A stretch of 43,776 bases of DNA from Fonticula alba ATCC 38817 (Eukaryota; Protista; Nucleariida). Each line of letters begins with the position of its first letter. Positions within the stretch are counted from its first letter, which is position 1. Position numbers and translations under genes: made by a program. Of this stretch, positions 10,901 through 23,121 are shown in pieces. The stretch lies in assembly GCA_000388065.2 (NCBI GenBank), contig KB932202.1; one strand, given 5' to 3'. A model generated the notes under the pieces. It ran no database searches. It worked only from the letters and a program-made list of their open reading frames with translations, and had not been told where the DNA came from.

Positions 10901-13701
10901 CGGGAACAGGGCAGCAGCAAGAGCCAGGGCCAGGGCGGGGCATGGTGATGCGGGAGATTGTCGGGAATGCGACAAGCGCGGGTGTCGGAGGAGCGAAACT
11001 GTCAGACACTCGAGGGGCCGAAAGGAAAAACAAGCTGCCCCTGCCGGAGCCGGCCTCCTTCGTCGCTCTCTTTGACCCCTGCACATGGCAATACACCCAC
11101 CCCAAGAGAAAGAGCAAGCACGCCACGCCACCAACAGCCCGAACACCATGCCCCGAAGGGGCACCCTAGGGAAGACTCACCGGCTGGGCGAATGGCAAAG
11201 CCGTTGACCGAGAACTCCGGACCGGGGGCACCCATGGAGTCGGAGGAGGCATCCTCCTCGGCCCAAATGCGAATCCGATAAAGAGGCCGCTGGGCTTCGA
11301 GCTCCGGGCAGTCGACCGGCTCGGGGGGCGGACCGCCGGGGCCCGGCCGGCGGGCGGCCGGGCTGCGCACGACCACCGGCGAGTCGGTGGCTTCGCGCTG
11401 GCGCAGCAGCCCCTCCCAGGCCAGCTGCCGGGCGGTGTCGGCCACCTGGCGACCGGTGCTCAGCCGGCCGGCCGGGCTGTGGTAAATGCGGATGATGTGG
11501 CCGGCCAGATTGGCCACACTCACGCGGTACACCTCCACCGCCTCGACGGCCACGGGCTCCGGCAGGGCGGCGCCCTCGGCGGCCACCGCACAGTGGACCT
11601 GCCCGCGACTGCGCAGGTGCCCCGGGACCGGGCAGCGGTGCTGCGCGGCGAAGTCCCGCCGGGAAAGCCCCCCGGCCGGGGAGTACCCCGCGTAGCAGGG
11701 CACCACGACCGACACCTCGGCCGCGAAGCCGGTCCCATAGCGCACGCTGTCCACAAACAGGTCGGTGAAGGGCAGCCCGGCGCGAACGTGCGCCGCGCCC
11801 GGGGCCGGGGCGCGCCAAGCCAGCTCGAACAGGTCGCGCACTCGGCGCGAGGGGGCCGCCCCTCCGGAGCCGCGACGGACCAGCGGCCCCGGCACCGAGG
11901 TCCTGGTCAGCATGTGTCCCGGCCCGGGCCGGGCATCGACCTCCGGGAAGGGGCTCAGGCAGGCGGTGGCCTCGGCCCCTGGCGGCGGGGCCGGCCCGCC
12001 GGACAGGCCCGGCCCCGCCAGCGGCTGCACACGCGAAAGCCGGTGGAAGAACTGCATGTCGCACAGGGCCCGGGACCGGACGCGCACCGGGAAGGGCAGG
12101 CCCCCGGACTGGGCCACCGCCTCGGCCACCCGCAGGACCCCGGCCGCCATCTGGCTGGACACGAAGCCCATGACCACGCGCGGGATCCACCCCTTGAGGT
12201 CCACGTCGCCGATGTAGGTGACCCGGGTGCCGATGCTGACGAAGGGCGTCTCGACGGCCGGGTCAATTTGGCACCCGGCATCCGGGCAGCCGCAGCCGAT
12301 GACGCGCTGCAGCCGGCCGCGGCCGGTGGCCGGGGCATCCGGCCCCGGCAGCACGGCCGGCAGGTCCGGGCAGCTGTTGAAATGCGTGTCCCCGCGGAAG
12401 AAGTCCCCGGCCCGCGGGCAGAAGGACATCCCGGTCCGGGTGTCGAAGGCCACCGGCTCCAGCACCCAGCCAATGCAATGCGACCAGCCCCGGATGTGGT
12501 CGCCGGGCCCGGGATCCGGGCAGCCGGCCGTGCCGGGGCAGCGCTCCACCGACCCGGGCGCCGTCACCGGCACCGGGGTCTCCTCGGCCGTGAGGAAGAA
12601 GGGCACCTCGTCAAAGTGCCCCCGGTCCAGCAGGGCGTCGCCGGCGTCGGTCGAGGCGGCTGCCTGAATGAGGGCCCCGCTCCGGGGCTGGATCAGGCAG
12701 CGCGACACGAGGACAAAGTCGCGCGGCGCCACGCCGAACTTCTTCCGGGTGCGCGTTTGGGCCATCTGGGTGTTGCCGTCGACGTAGCTGCGGCGAGGCG
12801 GTGTGGTCGGGGGGGAGGGGGCAAGGTGCCACATGGCGGCGGTACATGGGCCGGGCAAGGGCGAAGTCGTGGGGGCGATCGGGCGGGTCACGGTCAGCAT
12901 GGTGGTCGTCGCGGCGAGGGGGGCCAATGATGACGGGGTGGATCAGGTCAGCCAGGGAAGGGGGGCAGGGGGCGGCCACGGCCGGGGCGAGGCATGCCGG
13001 GGCCAGACCGAAGCACCAGCACGCACCGGAGGATCCGCCCCCCGGCGTAGTGATCATCCCAAATGGCACGGGAGGAGAGGGGCATCACCAGGCTGAGGAA
13101 GTGCCCGGGTGGGGCATGGGGGAAGAGGGTGACCGCCCGGCAGCGAGCCCGAGCCCCGCCGATGGGCTGCATGCTGACATCCACACCGAAGGGCAGCGGC
13201 GCGACCATGGTCACGCCGGTCCCTCCTCGAGCAGGCACCGCCACCCGCGACCGGCTGGTGTCCTGGTGCGAGTAGGGAGGCCACTCGGTTTGGCAGGCGC
13301 TATTCATGATCTACATCGCAGGAGCCCAGCCGGCACCCCAAGCAAGCGAACATGGTGGGGCAGTTAGTTTCGGCCGGTCCTGCCGAGGGGGGGGGGGGGC
13401 GGGGCGGGGCGCGGGACAACCAAATGCGATGGGGCTTGAGGCCACGGACCTCCAGGTTCTCGATTGCCTCTTGGGCCTCGCGGCAGAGGGTCCGATCAAG
13501 CTGGTGCAGGGCCACATCGCCGGCTGGCGGCTCGTCGGAATCGATGATTTCACGCGAGTAATTGTGATGGATTTCCGATCGCAGGGCCAGCGATGAGCGC
13601 TGGATCGGATGGGCACCCGGCGCATAGAAGCAGTAATCCGGTGCGGGGGTGGCATCGCGCATGGGGGAGGCGGCCTCGGCCGCCAGTCCGCCGGAGGTCA
13701 T
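7915..13701 (-). CDS. Tandem START (lipid-transfer) domain protein with C-terminal transmembrane helix, 1502 aa; exons 13701-13450, 13310-13027, 12787-11181, 10777-9671, 9173-7915
   Basis: Two START signature sets: RAIWDDHY...APRDFVLV...VTYIGDVDLKGWIP, and RRKWDVPLY...SARDMVVL...LT|HISMTDPCGWLP. Hydrophobic C-terminal GVGVSLGTSFLLALLVVRLF. Four GT-AG introns, all phases consistent, total 4509 nt. The acceptor at 10778 is the least certain junction. Confidence 0.8.
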
Positions 13702-13847
13702 CGCGTCCTGACGGAAAGGCAGGGCGCAGAGCACCAGACAACAGGGGAGAGATGTTCAGAGCCCGCAGCAAGCCGGACTCACGGGAGGATTACCGGTATA
13801 CACTCGAGACAAGGTGGACGGGGGGCAGCAGCAGGCAGGGCGACGAC

Positions 13848-13882
<35 letters not shown>

Positions 13883-16800
13883 GGAATGAACACGGTGCCA
13901 GGAGCTTCCTCCACCAGAGCGGCGCTTCTTGACCCGACGCCGGTCCAGCCCTGTGCCGGCATGTCCCCGAGCACGGTGGCCGGCCGACCGTGGACCGCGC
14001 ATCAGTGACTCCCGCGTCCGGGCTGGACCGGCACGCGCCCCCGGGGACCCGCGAGGCATGTGCCCAGCCCATCGGCCCGCACCGGTCACAGAATGCCCTC
14101 CGTTCGCATTCACCCGGGCCGGTGCTCGGGACCAGCGGGGGGGGGGGGGGGGGGTGGGGGAGTGGGAGGAGGGAACGCGCTCTGTCGGGCCGTGAAATGC
14201 CCCCATGGAGCGCCGGCCCTCGGGAGATGAGGCAGCAGTGAGGATTAACATTCACAAGGGCCTGCCCCCTCTCGCCTTTCATCTCGATCGACGCGCTACA
14301 GGGTGGGGATGTGCCACAGGGGCCTCGCCAGAGCGGCTGGCCCTCAGCCATACCAAAATGAGGTCGGCCGCGGGAGGAAAACACCCGCGGCCGGTCGGGT
14401 TTAGTTTGAAAGAATTCACGCCGAAAGGCCCCACCCCTACCGGGCATTCTCTGGAGGGTGTGTCGCCCACCGAACTGGGTGTCGGTTCTGATGCGGGCCC
14501 CGGAGAGAGCCAAAGGACGCGAGAGAGGGAGGGCCAGAAACATGGCCCGTTCACGACGCCGCCGCCGGGCGCATGCCCATCACCGCGCCCAGTGTCGGCG
14601 AGCATGTCGTCAGTCCCCCGTGCAGTTAAAAGCAGCCGGGACATTTGGTTGGAAAAAGCGCGAACCAAGCGGGCGGGGGGCGCCTGCACATGGTCAGCCA
14701 GGACCACCCGAGAGATGGCCGACCTCTTCAGTGGGACTAGGGGGGCGAGTCGCAGCGGGGGGGGGCCTGCGGGAGAACCTCCATACTGACTGCCAGGACG
14801 GTCGGGTGCGCTCGCACGGGGTGGTGCGCTGGGCCCAGCCAAGGGGCTTCGCGAGTCTCCCGCCATATAGACAAGGGGTTAATGTAGCGCCTTGCATGTG
14901 AGAGTGTGCATGCATGTGAGTGTGCATGTGTGGGGTCTCATAGATGCGGGCAGGATACAAAACGCGCAAAAGGGACCCCCGCCATCCGGGCATCGATAAG
15001 CGCTTCACGTGAAAGGGGACAGACACTTTCCGCCATCCACGCCCCGGGGCCTAGCTCCAAGCTCGGGTGCCCATCTGCCTGAGCCGGGCAGGGGGGGGGG
15101 GGATCTGAGGGACCGGACAACCAGCCGGCCGACAGGCGCCTGCAGCCAAAGAGACCCAGGGACCGGCGGGGGGAGGGGGGGGGCAACACCAGCGCGTAGG
15201 CAGACACGCACTCCGGGCCGAAACGCGCCCGGGCCCCGATGGCAGGGGCACCTCACGCACCGGGGGACTTCTGCACCGGCCTTCAGCTGGCGCCGCCGCG
15301 TGAAAGTGCCTCCGGGCCCTCACCCGCAGATCGCGCCTGCCCCCCCCCCCCTCGCCCCAGGGCTCCCCGAGAACAGAGACCACAATCCTTCTGGTAACTC
15401 CAGACGCGGAAAACCCCACAATGTCGTCCGGGTTGCATCACGTGCCAGGCTTAATTGCGCGCCTGACCACGGCCGCCCGCACGCACAACGCTCCGCCAGC
15501 CGTCAGGCTCCCCGCCTCCGGGGGGGCCGAGCACACCCCCCCCCCCCCCCACGCGCGGGGGGACAAGAGGAGGGAACCATTGAAGCCCGGGCCGGGCATC
15601 GCGTGGTGATTGGGGCCGCCCCGCCGATGCCGATCGAATTGGTCCAGCGGGACACGGCCGGGGGCGGCCCGTGCCACCGCCATGGCCCGATGGTGAGGCC
15701 TTTATTTCGTGCCCACCTCCCACTCGGGGGATCGCGATGGCCGCGCCGCTGTCGCCTGCCCCCCCCCCCCTCCCCCGTGTGCGTCTCATTCGGGAAGGCC
15801 CGTTTACCGAGCGACACCCATGGCTTCGGACACATTGGAGCTGGCGTTGCCGGGATTGCGGGGTGGTCAGGCGCGCTCCTAGTTCTCCCGACTCCCGGCG
15901 CCATCCTTGTTGCCTGTCCCCCATGCAAGTGGCCGTACCAGGGATCATCGGTCCATTATCGAGCGGGAGGGAGGGGGCGGGGGGGCGTTCTCCAGAGACC
16001 CCCTCCCAGCAGCTGCGCTCTTTCCCGAGACAAAACCAAAGGAAACCCAAGCTCTCTACCCGAGGGAAACATGGTGGCTGTCTGCAGGGGTGGGGGAGGT
16101 CCCGCGTCCCTTCTCCCCGCTGTTTCTCCCGAGGGGGTGGCGCCCCGGGGCTGGGTGCCTGTCCACACGGCTCTGCCGGGGCCCGTGTCCCCAGGCTCAT
16201 ATGCCCGGGCGCGTTCTGATCTCCCAATTTTTCCCCTTGGGTTCTCGTGCCAGGCCGCGTTCTCCTGGGCACCGGGAGGTGGCAGCGAGGGGCAGCGGAA
16301 GGGGAGGGGCGCGGCTCGGGCGATCATTAACCGTGTTAGGACGGAGCCCCGCCCCTGCACCGCCACGGGCCTCCGGGGCCCAGACACCGGAGAAGACCAA
16401 GCCACCATGCAGGGCCGGCCCAACCGAACGATGCCGCACGGATGCGCTACGTGACAAGCCCGAACTATGCCGAGCCGGCGGCGGACCGCAACATGGGGAC
16501 CCTCGGAGCCGCACAGGCAGCCCTGGGGCCAGATGGCCGGTTTTGCCCAGGAGGTGCAAAGGTCAGTTGGCAGCGGCCCCTCGCGGCCGGGCTACGCAGC
16601 TCGCGGGTCGATGGCGCCGGTAGGTCTCCGCTGTCCCCCTGCGCCGTTTGAAGCGTGCCCCCACGCGACGCAGCCCGATCGGCACCGGTGCATGACCCTG
16701 GCGAGGGGGCCATGACAGCGGGCAGATCGGCCGTGACCGTGGCTGCTGCAACGGCCGCCTCCACGGATCTGGCGATGGCGAGGGGCTGGAGCCAGGCCAG

Positions 16801-17363
16801 TGCCGCTCATGGACCCGGGCCCACCTCCCCGGGCCTCGGCGACTGCCGAGTGTGTGGGGAAGAATGGTACACTCGGCCTGCGCCCCTGGGGGGGGGGGGG
16901 GGGGCATGTCTTCCCGACAGATTCCTCCACCGCCCACATCACTACGACCATTCGGGCAGGCGGCGACTCGGGACGCGAGGGGGCACAGGTGCGGGATTGG
17001 CGCGCCAGGGCGAGGGGCAGCGGCCGGGCGAGGAGGCAATTGACAGGCAAGGGCTGGCCATGAGTACACACACACACACACACACTTTCGGACATTGGGG
17101 CCCTTGGAGTGCTCGACTCCTGACGCCCCCGTAGGTCTGTGACATCAGGGCTCTTGACCTGCCGGGAACATGGACCTCCAGGTGGCCAGGAAATCCGCCG
17201 CACCCCGAGAAGGATGGGCTTGAAAAGTTGCCTTGGCACATTCGGCAGCAGCGCAGGTTGCGCACTGCACCCCTCTCCTCTCTCCTTCCGTGCCCCATCG
17301 CCGCATCGCTTCCCGCCTTTTGAGAACGCCACACCCAACTGTACACTCGCACGCACCCACGCA

Positions 17364-17395
<32 letters not shown>

Positions 17396-17627
17396 CACAC
17401 GCACGCACACACATCCAAGCGTACACAAGGACGCCCCCGACAGTAGTAGACCTCGTGCTGGACGCGCACCTCTCGCTGTGCTCGCTATTTTTCCCCCCCG
17501 GTAAGGTGCGGCCTACCCGGTGGCAATCCATGCACTCCGCACAGCCCCACCCATCCACCATAACCACCCGCATCTTGGGCCGCTAACTCGCACGCCATCC
17601 CGGCACATGCCTCGGCCGCCAGCCCCA

Positions 17628-19441
17628 ATGTCCAACAATTTTGACGCCGTCAAGGACGCGGCGGAGGCGACCATCGCCGCGGCTCTGGCCGCCGCACGCG
17701 GGCAGCCCATCTCGCCGATCGGGATTTCGGCCTCCTCGGCCACCCTGCGCTCGCCCTCGGTCGATGGCCTGAGTGGGGCCATGTCGGCCTCGTCGCTGGC
17801 CGAGTCGCCTCAGTCCGAGTCGGCCACGCGCCCGGGAACCAAAGCCCCAGCGAAGCCCGTCGACGGGGTGCTGACCCCGCGCGGTGCGTAGCGCCCATTT
17901 TCTTGCCCGCCGCCCGGGGGGGGGGGGGACGGCCCGATGACACGGCCTCGCGGATCCGCATCCGGGCCGGGGCCGCCCGGGACGCACGGCACCCGAAAGC
18001 ACACTGACTGACACGGCGTTCGAAAAAAAAAAAACAAAAATAACCCACCCCACACACAGACATCGCCTGCAATGGGCTCATGTCGGACCTGCGGCAGCTC
18101 CTCTTGGGGAATGTCAAGTCGGTGTACCTGAACCGGTATGTGCACCCCCGGCGGTGTGTCTGGCGCGATCCGATGGTGGCCGCGCGCGGGCTCGACGGCA
18201 TCGAGGACCTGCTCCAGGCCCGGGGGGAGATCTTCCACCGTCGCCGCGTGGTCGACCAACGGATCCACAGCATCCGGCCGATCTTGTACAAGCGTGGCGA
18301 CACCAGCAACACCGTTGGCCGGTGGGTGCGCATGAAGGCCGAGATTGTCATGCGCTACCAGCTCAAGGAATCGCCCTACTGGATGCGCTACAAGTCCTTC
18401 AACCAGCGTGTCAAGCAGCTGCAAAAGCGCGACAAGACCGGCGTGGCCGAGGGCGAGTGCTGGCTCGAGGTGGTGCACCGGCTGGACGTGGACATGTTCG
18501 ACTTGGTGGCTCACCGCGTGGCCGACCGGTGGCAGGGCATCCGCCTGACCGAGGGGACGGACCCGCGCACGCGCGACATCTACCAGGGGTTCGATGATGA
18601 TGACGATGACTCGGATGGCGGGGCCACCGATGGCGGGAGCAGCTCCGATGGCAATGACAACAAGCGCGCCTCGCGGTGGTGCCTCCGCCGGGCGGCCGCC
18701 CGCCGGCCCAAGCTCTTCGTCCGGTCCCTCTGCCTGGAGCTCCAGCCCCTCAGTGACAATGAGGAGGAGCTGGAGGACGATGACGACGATGACGACTGCA
18801 GCAGCGACGACTACTTCCGCAACGAGGGGGACGAGTCCTCCTCCGGCGATGACTCCTCCTCCTCCGACGAGGACTCGGACGAGGAGATCTCCTTCGCCGA
18901 CCTGCATGACCAACGGTCTCGCCGGCGCCCGGCCGGGGGCTTCCAGCGTCGGACCATGTCAAGTGGCTCGGCCGGGTCGGCCGGGTCGGCCAGCTCGCGC
19001 GGTGGCACCCGCGGCTCCTCGCGCATCGGCAGCGACTCCGAAGACGCCGAGTCCGATGTGTCCTCCTCGCGGTCCTCGCTGTCCGCCGGGGGCGGAGCCG
19101 GCAACCGCGGCCGGGCCACCCGGGCAGGCATGGCCACCACACGGACGGCCGGCAGGGGGGATGGGTCCTCCGGGCCCTCGAGCAGCCGGTCTTCCCGCAG
19201 TAGCTCCCTCTCGCGGGGGGAACGCAATGACGGGGGCCTCACTTCGTCGGGGGCCTCCTCGGCCGGCTCCTCTCGGAGCAACTCTCGCCCAAGCTCGCGC
19301 GCAGGTGGCACTCTGACGGACTCTGTCCGCCAGCGCCACGAGCGCAGCATCAGCACCGGCGCCGCGGCTCCCACATCCAGCTCGGGCATCCGCTCGCAGA
19401 ATGGCTCCGGGCCTGCCAGTCCGACGCACCCTTCGCGCTAG
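17628..19441 (+). CDS. Hypothetical protein with a possible NTF2/SnoaL-like core and a long acidic and Ser/Arg-rich tail (545 aa); exons 17628-17883, 18060-19441; probable 5'UTR intron 17501-17622
   Basis: Strong G/C third-position codon bias. GTGCGT donor immediately precedes an in-frame stop, and the CAG acceptor restores frame. The core WRDPMVAARGLDGI...WLEVVHRLDVD...RVADRWQG resembles SnoaL-like F.DP....G...........D.W patterns. The fold call is an inference. Confidence 0.6.
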
Positions 19442-20640
19442 AGAAGGAAACGCCCCTGCTCGCAGCCCGCGCCCCCCCCCCACACACACACAGACACACA
19501 CACACTCCGGTGAATTCTCCGGGACAGGGGCCCAGCCCGGTGGGGATGGTGGATGTGTGTCTGGGGGGGGGGGGGGGGATGAGAGAGAGAGAGAAAGCGC
19601 GCGGGGAGTGCTTCTCACGTGCAGAGACGGATAGGACCCGCGCGCAAGTGGCCTCCCGTGCGCCATGTAAGCAACAAGACAAGTAAACCCGCCAGGGTAT
19701 GGGGCCCCAGCTCGCGCATTGGCCCGATCTCCTCCCTTCTGTGTCCCCCTGCGATGGCCCCATCGCCGAGCCTCGGCGTCTATGTGTCGGCGCAGTGCAC
19801 ATGCCACAAGGGAGGCAGTATTTTCCCCACAGGGGCGGCTGGGCGTGAAGAAGCGGAGGAATGTGGCGCACGGGGGGAATATATAGCACAAGATAATAAG
19901 CACATATATTCAATACAATGTTCAACGAGCAAAGGCCCAAACTGAAGGCGAGCGTTGTACAAGATGGGGAAGGGACATGATATGGCATAGGGCAACGGCG
20001 AATGGGCGCAGGAGGCGGGGAGGGGGCGGGGGGGAGAGGGGGGGGAGCACACGGCCGATCGTCAATCGTGTGTGTATCCTGCAGAAGCGGAAGGGAAACC
20101 ACAGGGAGGAAGGTCGGGAAGGGAGAGGGGGGGGCTAATGCGGAAGCCCAGCGAGGACGATGGATAGGGCTACTTCGTGGAGGAGGAAAGGGGGCGAGGG
20201 GCATGGTCCTTGTGGCGTCACCACCGGGATGCACGCGGGATTGGGATAAAAATCGCGTGCAGGTGATGGCGAGTGACGCCACACATGCATACATACGCAT
20301 GCCGAGGAGACGGCATCGCCAAGTCTCCCAGCGGGAGGCGGGGATGCGCGGCGGGTCGGAAGGAGGAAGCCAACACCCGACATCCAAGAGGACAGGAAAA
20401 GGAGGCGAGGGAGCGAAAGGGACAGAGAGCCGGGGTGGGGGGGGGGTAGAGAGAGATGGGCATTGGCAGGGGGAGACAAGAGAGGCCAGAGCGAGAAGCA
20501 CATGTGTGCATGAGAGAGAGAGAGAGAGAGGCAGCTGCGACATGCACAGAACAAGTCGCAACTCGGGAAAAGGGCGGCTGGCGAGAGGCAGCAAACCCGA
20601 CCTCCTCGGCCATCACCCAATTCCCCTGTGGTGTGCCGGT

Positions 20641-21094
20641 TCAGGGGCCGCCATCGGGCGGGAAGAGGGCACGAGCCGTCGGACGGCCGCCCGATAACGA
20701 CGACCCCCAGGCAAGCCCCAGCCCGGCGGAGGAGGGTCGGCGCTGGAGGCCCGGCTCGCCAGACTGCTCGATTCCGGCCATGGCATCAAGCTGACTGCCG
20801 GCGCCGGGCAACGCCGAGGGCGCGGAGTCTCGACGGCCGGTGGCCGACGCCATCGGCCCCGATGCTGCCGAGGGAGACCTGCTCGGGGGAGATGCCAAAC
20901 AGAGACCATGGGCGGCGGCCACGGCAGCCGTCGGGGTGGCGCCGGATGAGGGCGTCATGGCCCAGGGAAGGGAGTCGCGCCGGCCCGTCGGCCGTGGGGC
21001 TGGCGGGGTGACCGGACGCGAGGCCCCGGGCCGGGCCTCCGGGAAGCAGGGCTCGGGGAAGCAGGACTCCATCGGACAGGGCTCCATGGAGGGA

Positions 21095-21126
<32 letters not shown>

Positions 21127-22203
21127 CGCCGTCGCAAATGCCAGGCTTCCCGCCGGGCTTGGCTCGATGCGATGCGATTCGGAGGCCGTCCGTGGCCGGC
21201 CGAATGGCCGGTCATTTTCCGCGCTCGTCCCGGGGATCAAGGGCCGCAGGAGCTGGCGATCCTCAGCCAGCCACCCGGCCTCCGGACGAATGGCCTGCGC
21301 GCGGACCGGCGCCCAGGGCGTGCTCAGGGCCGGGCGGCTTTTGGCGTCCGGCGTCCAGGGACACTGGGGGGTCGATGGGCCCGAGCCGGCCATGCCCGAG
21401 GTGACAGGACTGGCATCTGAAAGATCGGCCCCCGCGGCCGGCGGGGCCCCGGTGGCAAGTTGCGGGGTCAATGGCCGAGTGGGAACCGGTGGCAGGGGCA
21501 CCGGCCGCGGCCGGCCGGTCGGCGGATGGTGCCCTTGCCGGGAGGGCGTGGCCGGCTGGCCGGGCCGGGTGCCGGAGGGATGGCCGGGCCGGGTGCCCGG
21601 CGCCACCCCCGGGCCCCGGGGATTTGTCCCCATCACCGGCGAGGGGGTCTGATAGATGCAGCGCTCGGGAGCCGGAAGTGTCGGTGACACGGGCACAGAG
21701 GACCCGAGGCCCGGCGCGGCCAAGTCCGAGTCGGGCGGCGAAATCTGGAAGCCGGGATCAAGGTCCGCTGGACCGGCGGTGTGGCGGGAGCCGGAGTCGG
21801 GATCGGGACTGGAATCGGACTCGATGTCGGACCCGGATCCGGACCCATCGCCGCCGGTGCTGAGGCCGACTCGCGGGCGTTTCCGGCGGTCATCCTCCAT
21901 CACCGGCGACTGCGAGGGGGCCTTGGCAAGGAGAATGGCCTCCGGGCCTGGGCGATGGGCGCTCGGGGCCGGGGAGCCAAGGAGCAATTGCATGGGCGAC
22001 AGGTGTTCCTGCTGCAGGTACTGGCTGACGGCGGTCTGTTGCAGATCGATGTCAAGCAGATCGAGCATCTCGGTGTCTGTGCCACTCGGGCCTGGGGGAG
22101 GCTTGGGCCCGGCGGGATGGTCCCCCCTGGCCGCCTTACTGGCGACAGGCGACGCTGGGTCGCCTAGCGGTGGCTGTTCGGATGCGGCACTCTGTTGAGG
22201 CAT
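20641..22203 (-). CDS. Hypothetical intrinsically disordered Pro/Ser/Ala-rich protein (about 520 aa)
   Basis: Open frame from ATG 22203 to TGA 20641 with protein-like segments (MLDLLDIDLQQTAVSQYLQQEHL, RRKRPR, a poly-Ala run). It is followed by a U-rich 3'UTR-like tract near 19870-19950. No recognisable domain; the true start or upstream exons are uncertain. Confidence 0.5.
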
Positions 22204-23054
22204 GACCAGACATTGATCCACAGGCGGGGGCGGGGAACAGCGCGGCACGGGGTCGACAGGGGAGGAGGAGGGACCAAGGGGGCGGGAGGAGGGGGGGGAG
22301 GGAGAGAGAGAGAGAGAGATGGAGAGGGAGAGAGAGCTTGGGCTGGGGGGTATGCTCGAAGCACAAGGTAATGCGACAATCGGCGAAGGAGGGGAGACAG
22401 GCAGAGGGAACAGGAAGGGGGGGGGAGGGGAGGGGAGGAAGGGGGAGCAGAGATGCCCGAAGGAAGCAATTGTGATTGGGGAGCCCGGCGAAAAGAGGGG
22501 GGGCGGGGGTGGGATGTGCGCGGCGCCATCCGGGGTCGCCACCTTGGCGGAGCCGGTCTTTTGGGTGGGGGTTGATCGCATCATTCGAGGCTCCCCCCCC
22601 CCCGGGGGGGGGGACGTCTGGGAACCGCGACCGGCCAGCAATCGCACCTTGTACGAAAATTCCTTTTTCATCTCCCAAGGCTGGAACCACAGGGGGGGGC
22701 CCCTGCCTCTATGTGCTTCTGAAGGGCAGGGGGGCGGGGAGGCCGAGGACTTCTCGGGAGGGCCATTGTTTAGACCGACATGCTCCACGGACGCCATCTG
22801 CATGCAGAACTGGATGCGTTCCCTCGCGAGGGCCTCGAAAGCGTTCGATGGGGGAAGGGGGCCGGCAGCATCAACAAGACCCGGAATAGGATCCAGCTGT
22901 TCAGAGACCTACCTGCGGGTCCGGGCAACCCGACCACATTGTGAGGCTCGGCCGCCGACGCCGGGACCAGGAACCCACGGCACGGGGGGCCGGGGAGATC
23001 GACGCCCCCTGCGGCACAATCGGAGAGCACCGCCAGGGGGCACAGGGGGCGGGG

Positions 23055-23055
<1 letters not shown>

Positions 23056-23120
<65 letters not shown>
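23056..23120. repeat. G65 homopolymer
   Basis: Directly visible; the longest homopolymer in the window. Confidence 0.9.
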
Positions 23121-23121
<1 letters not shown>

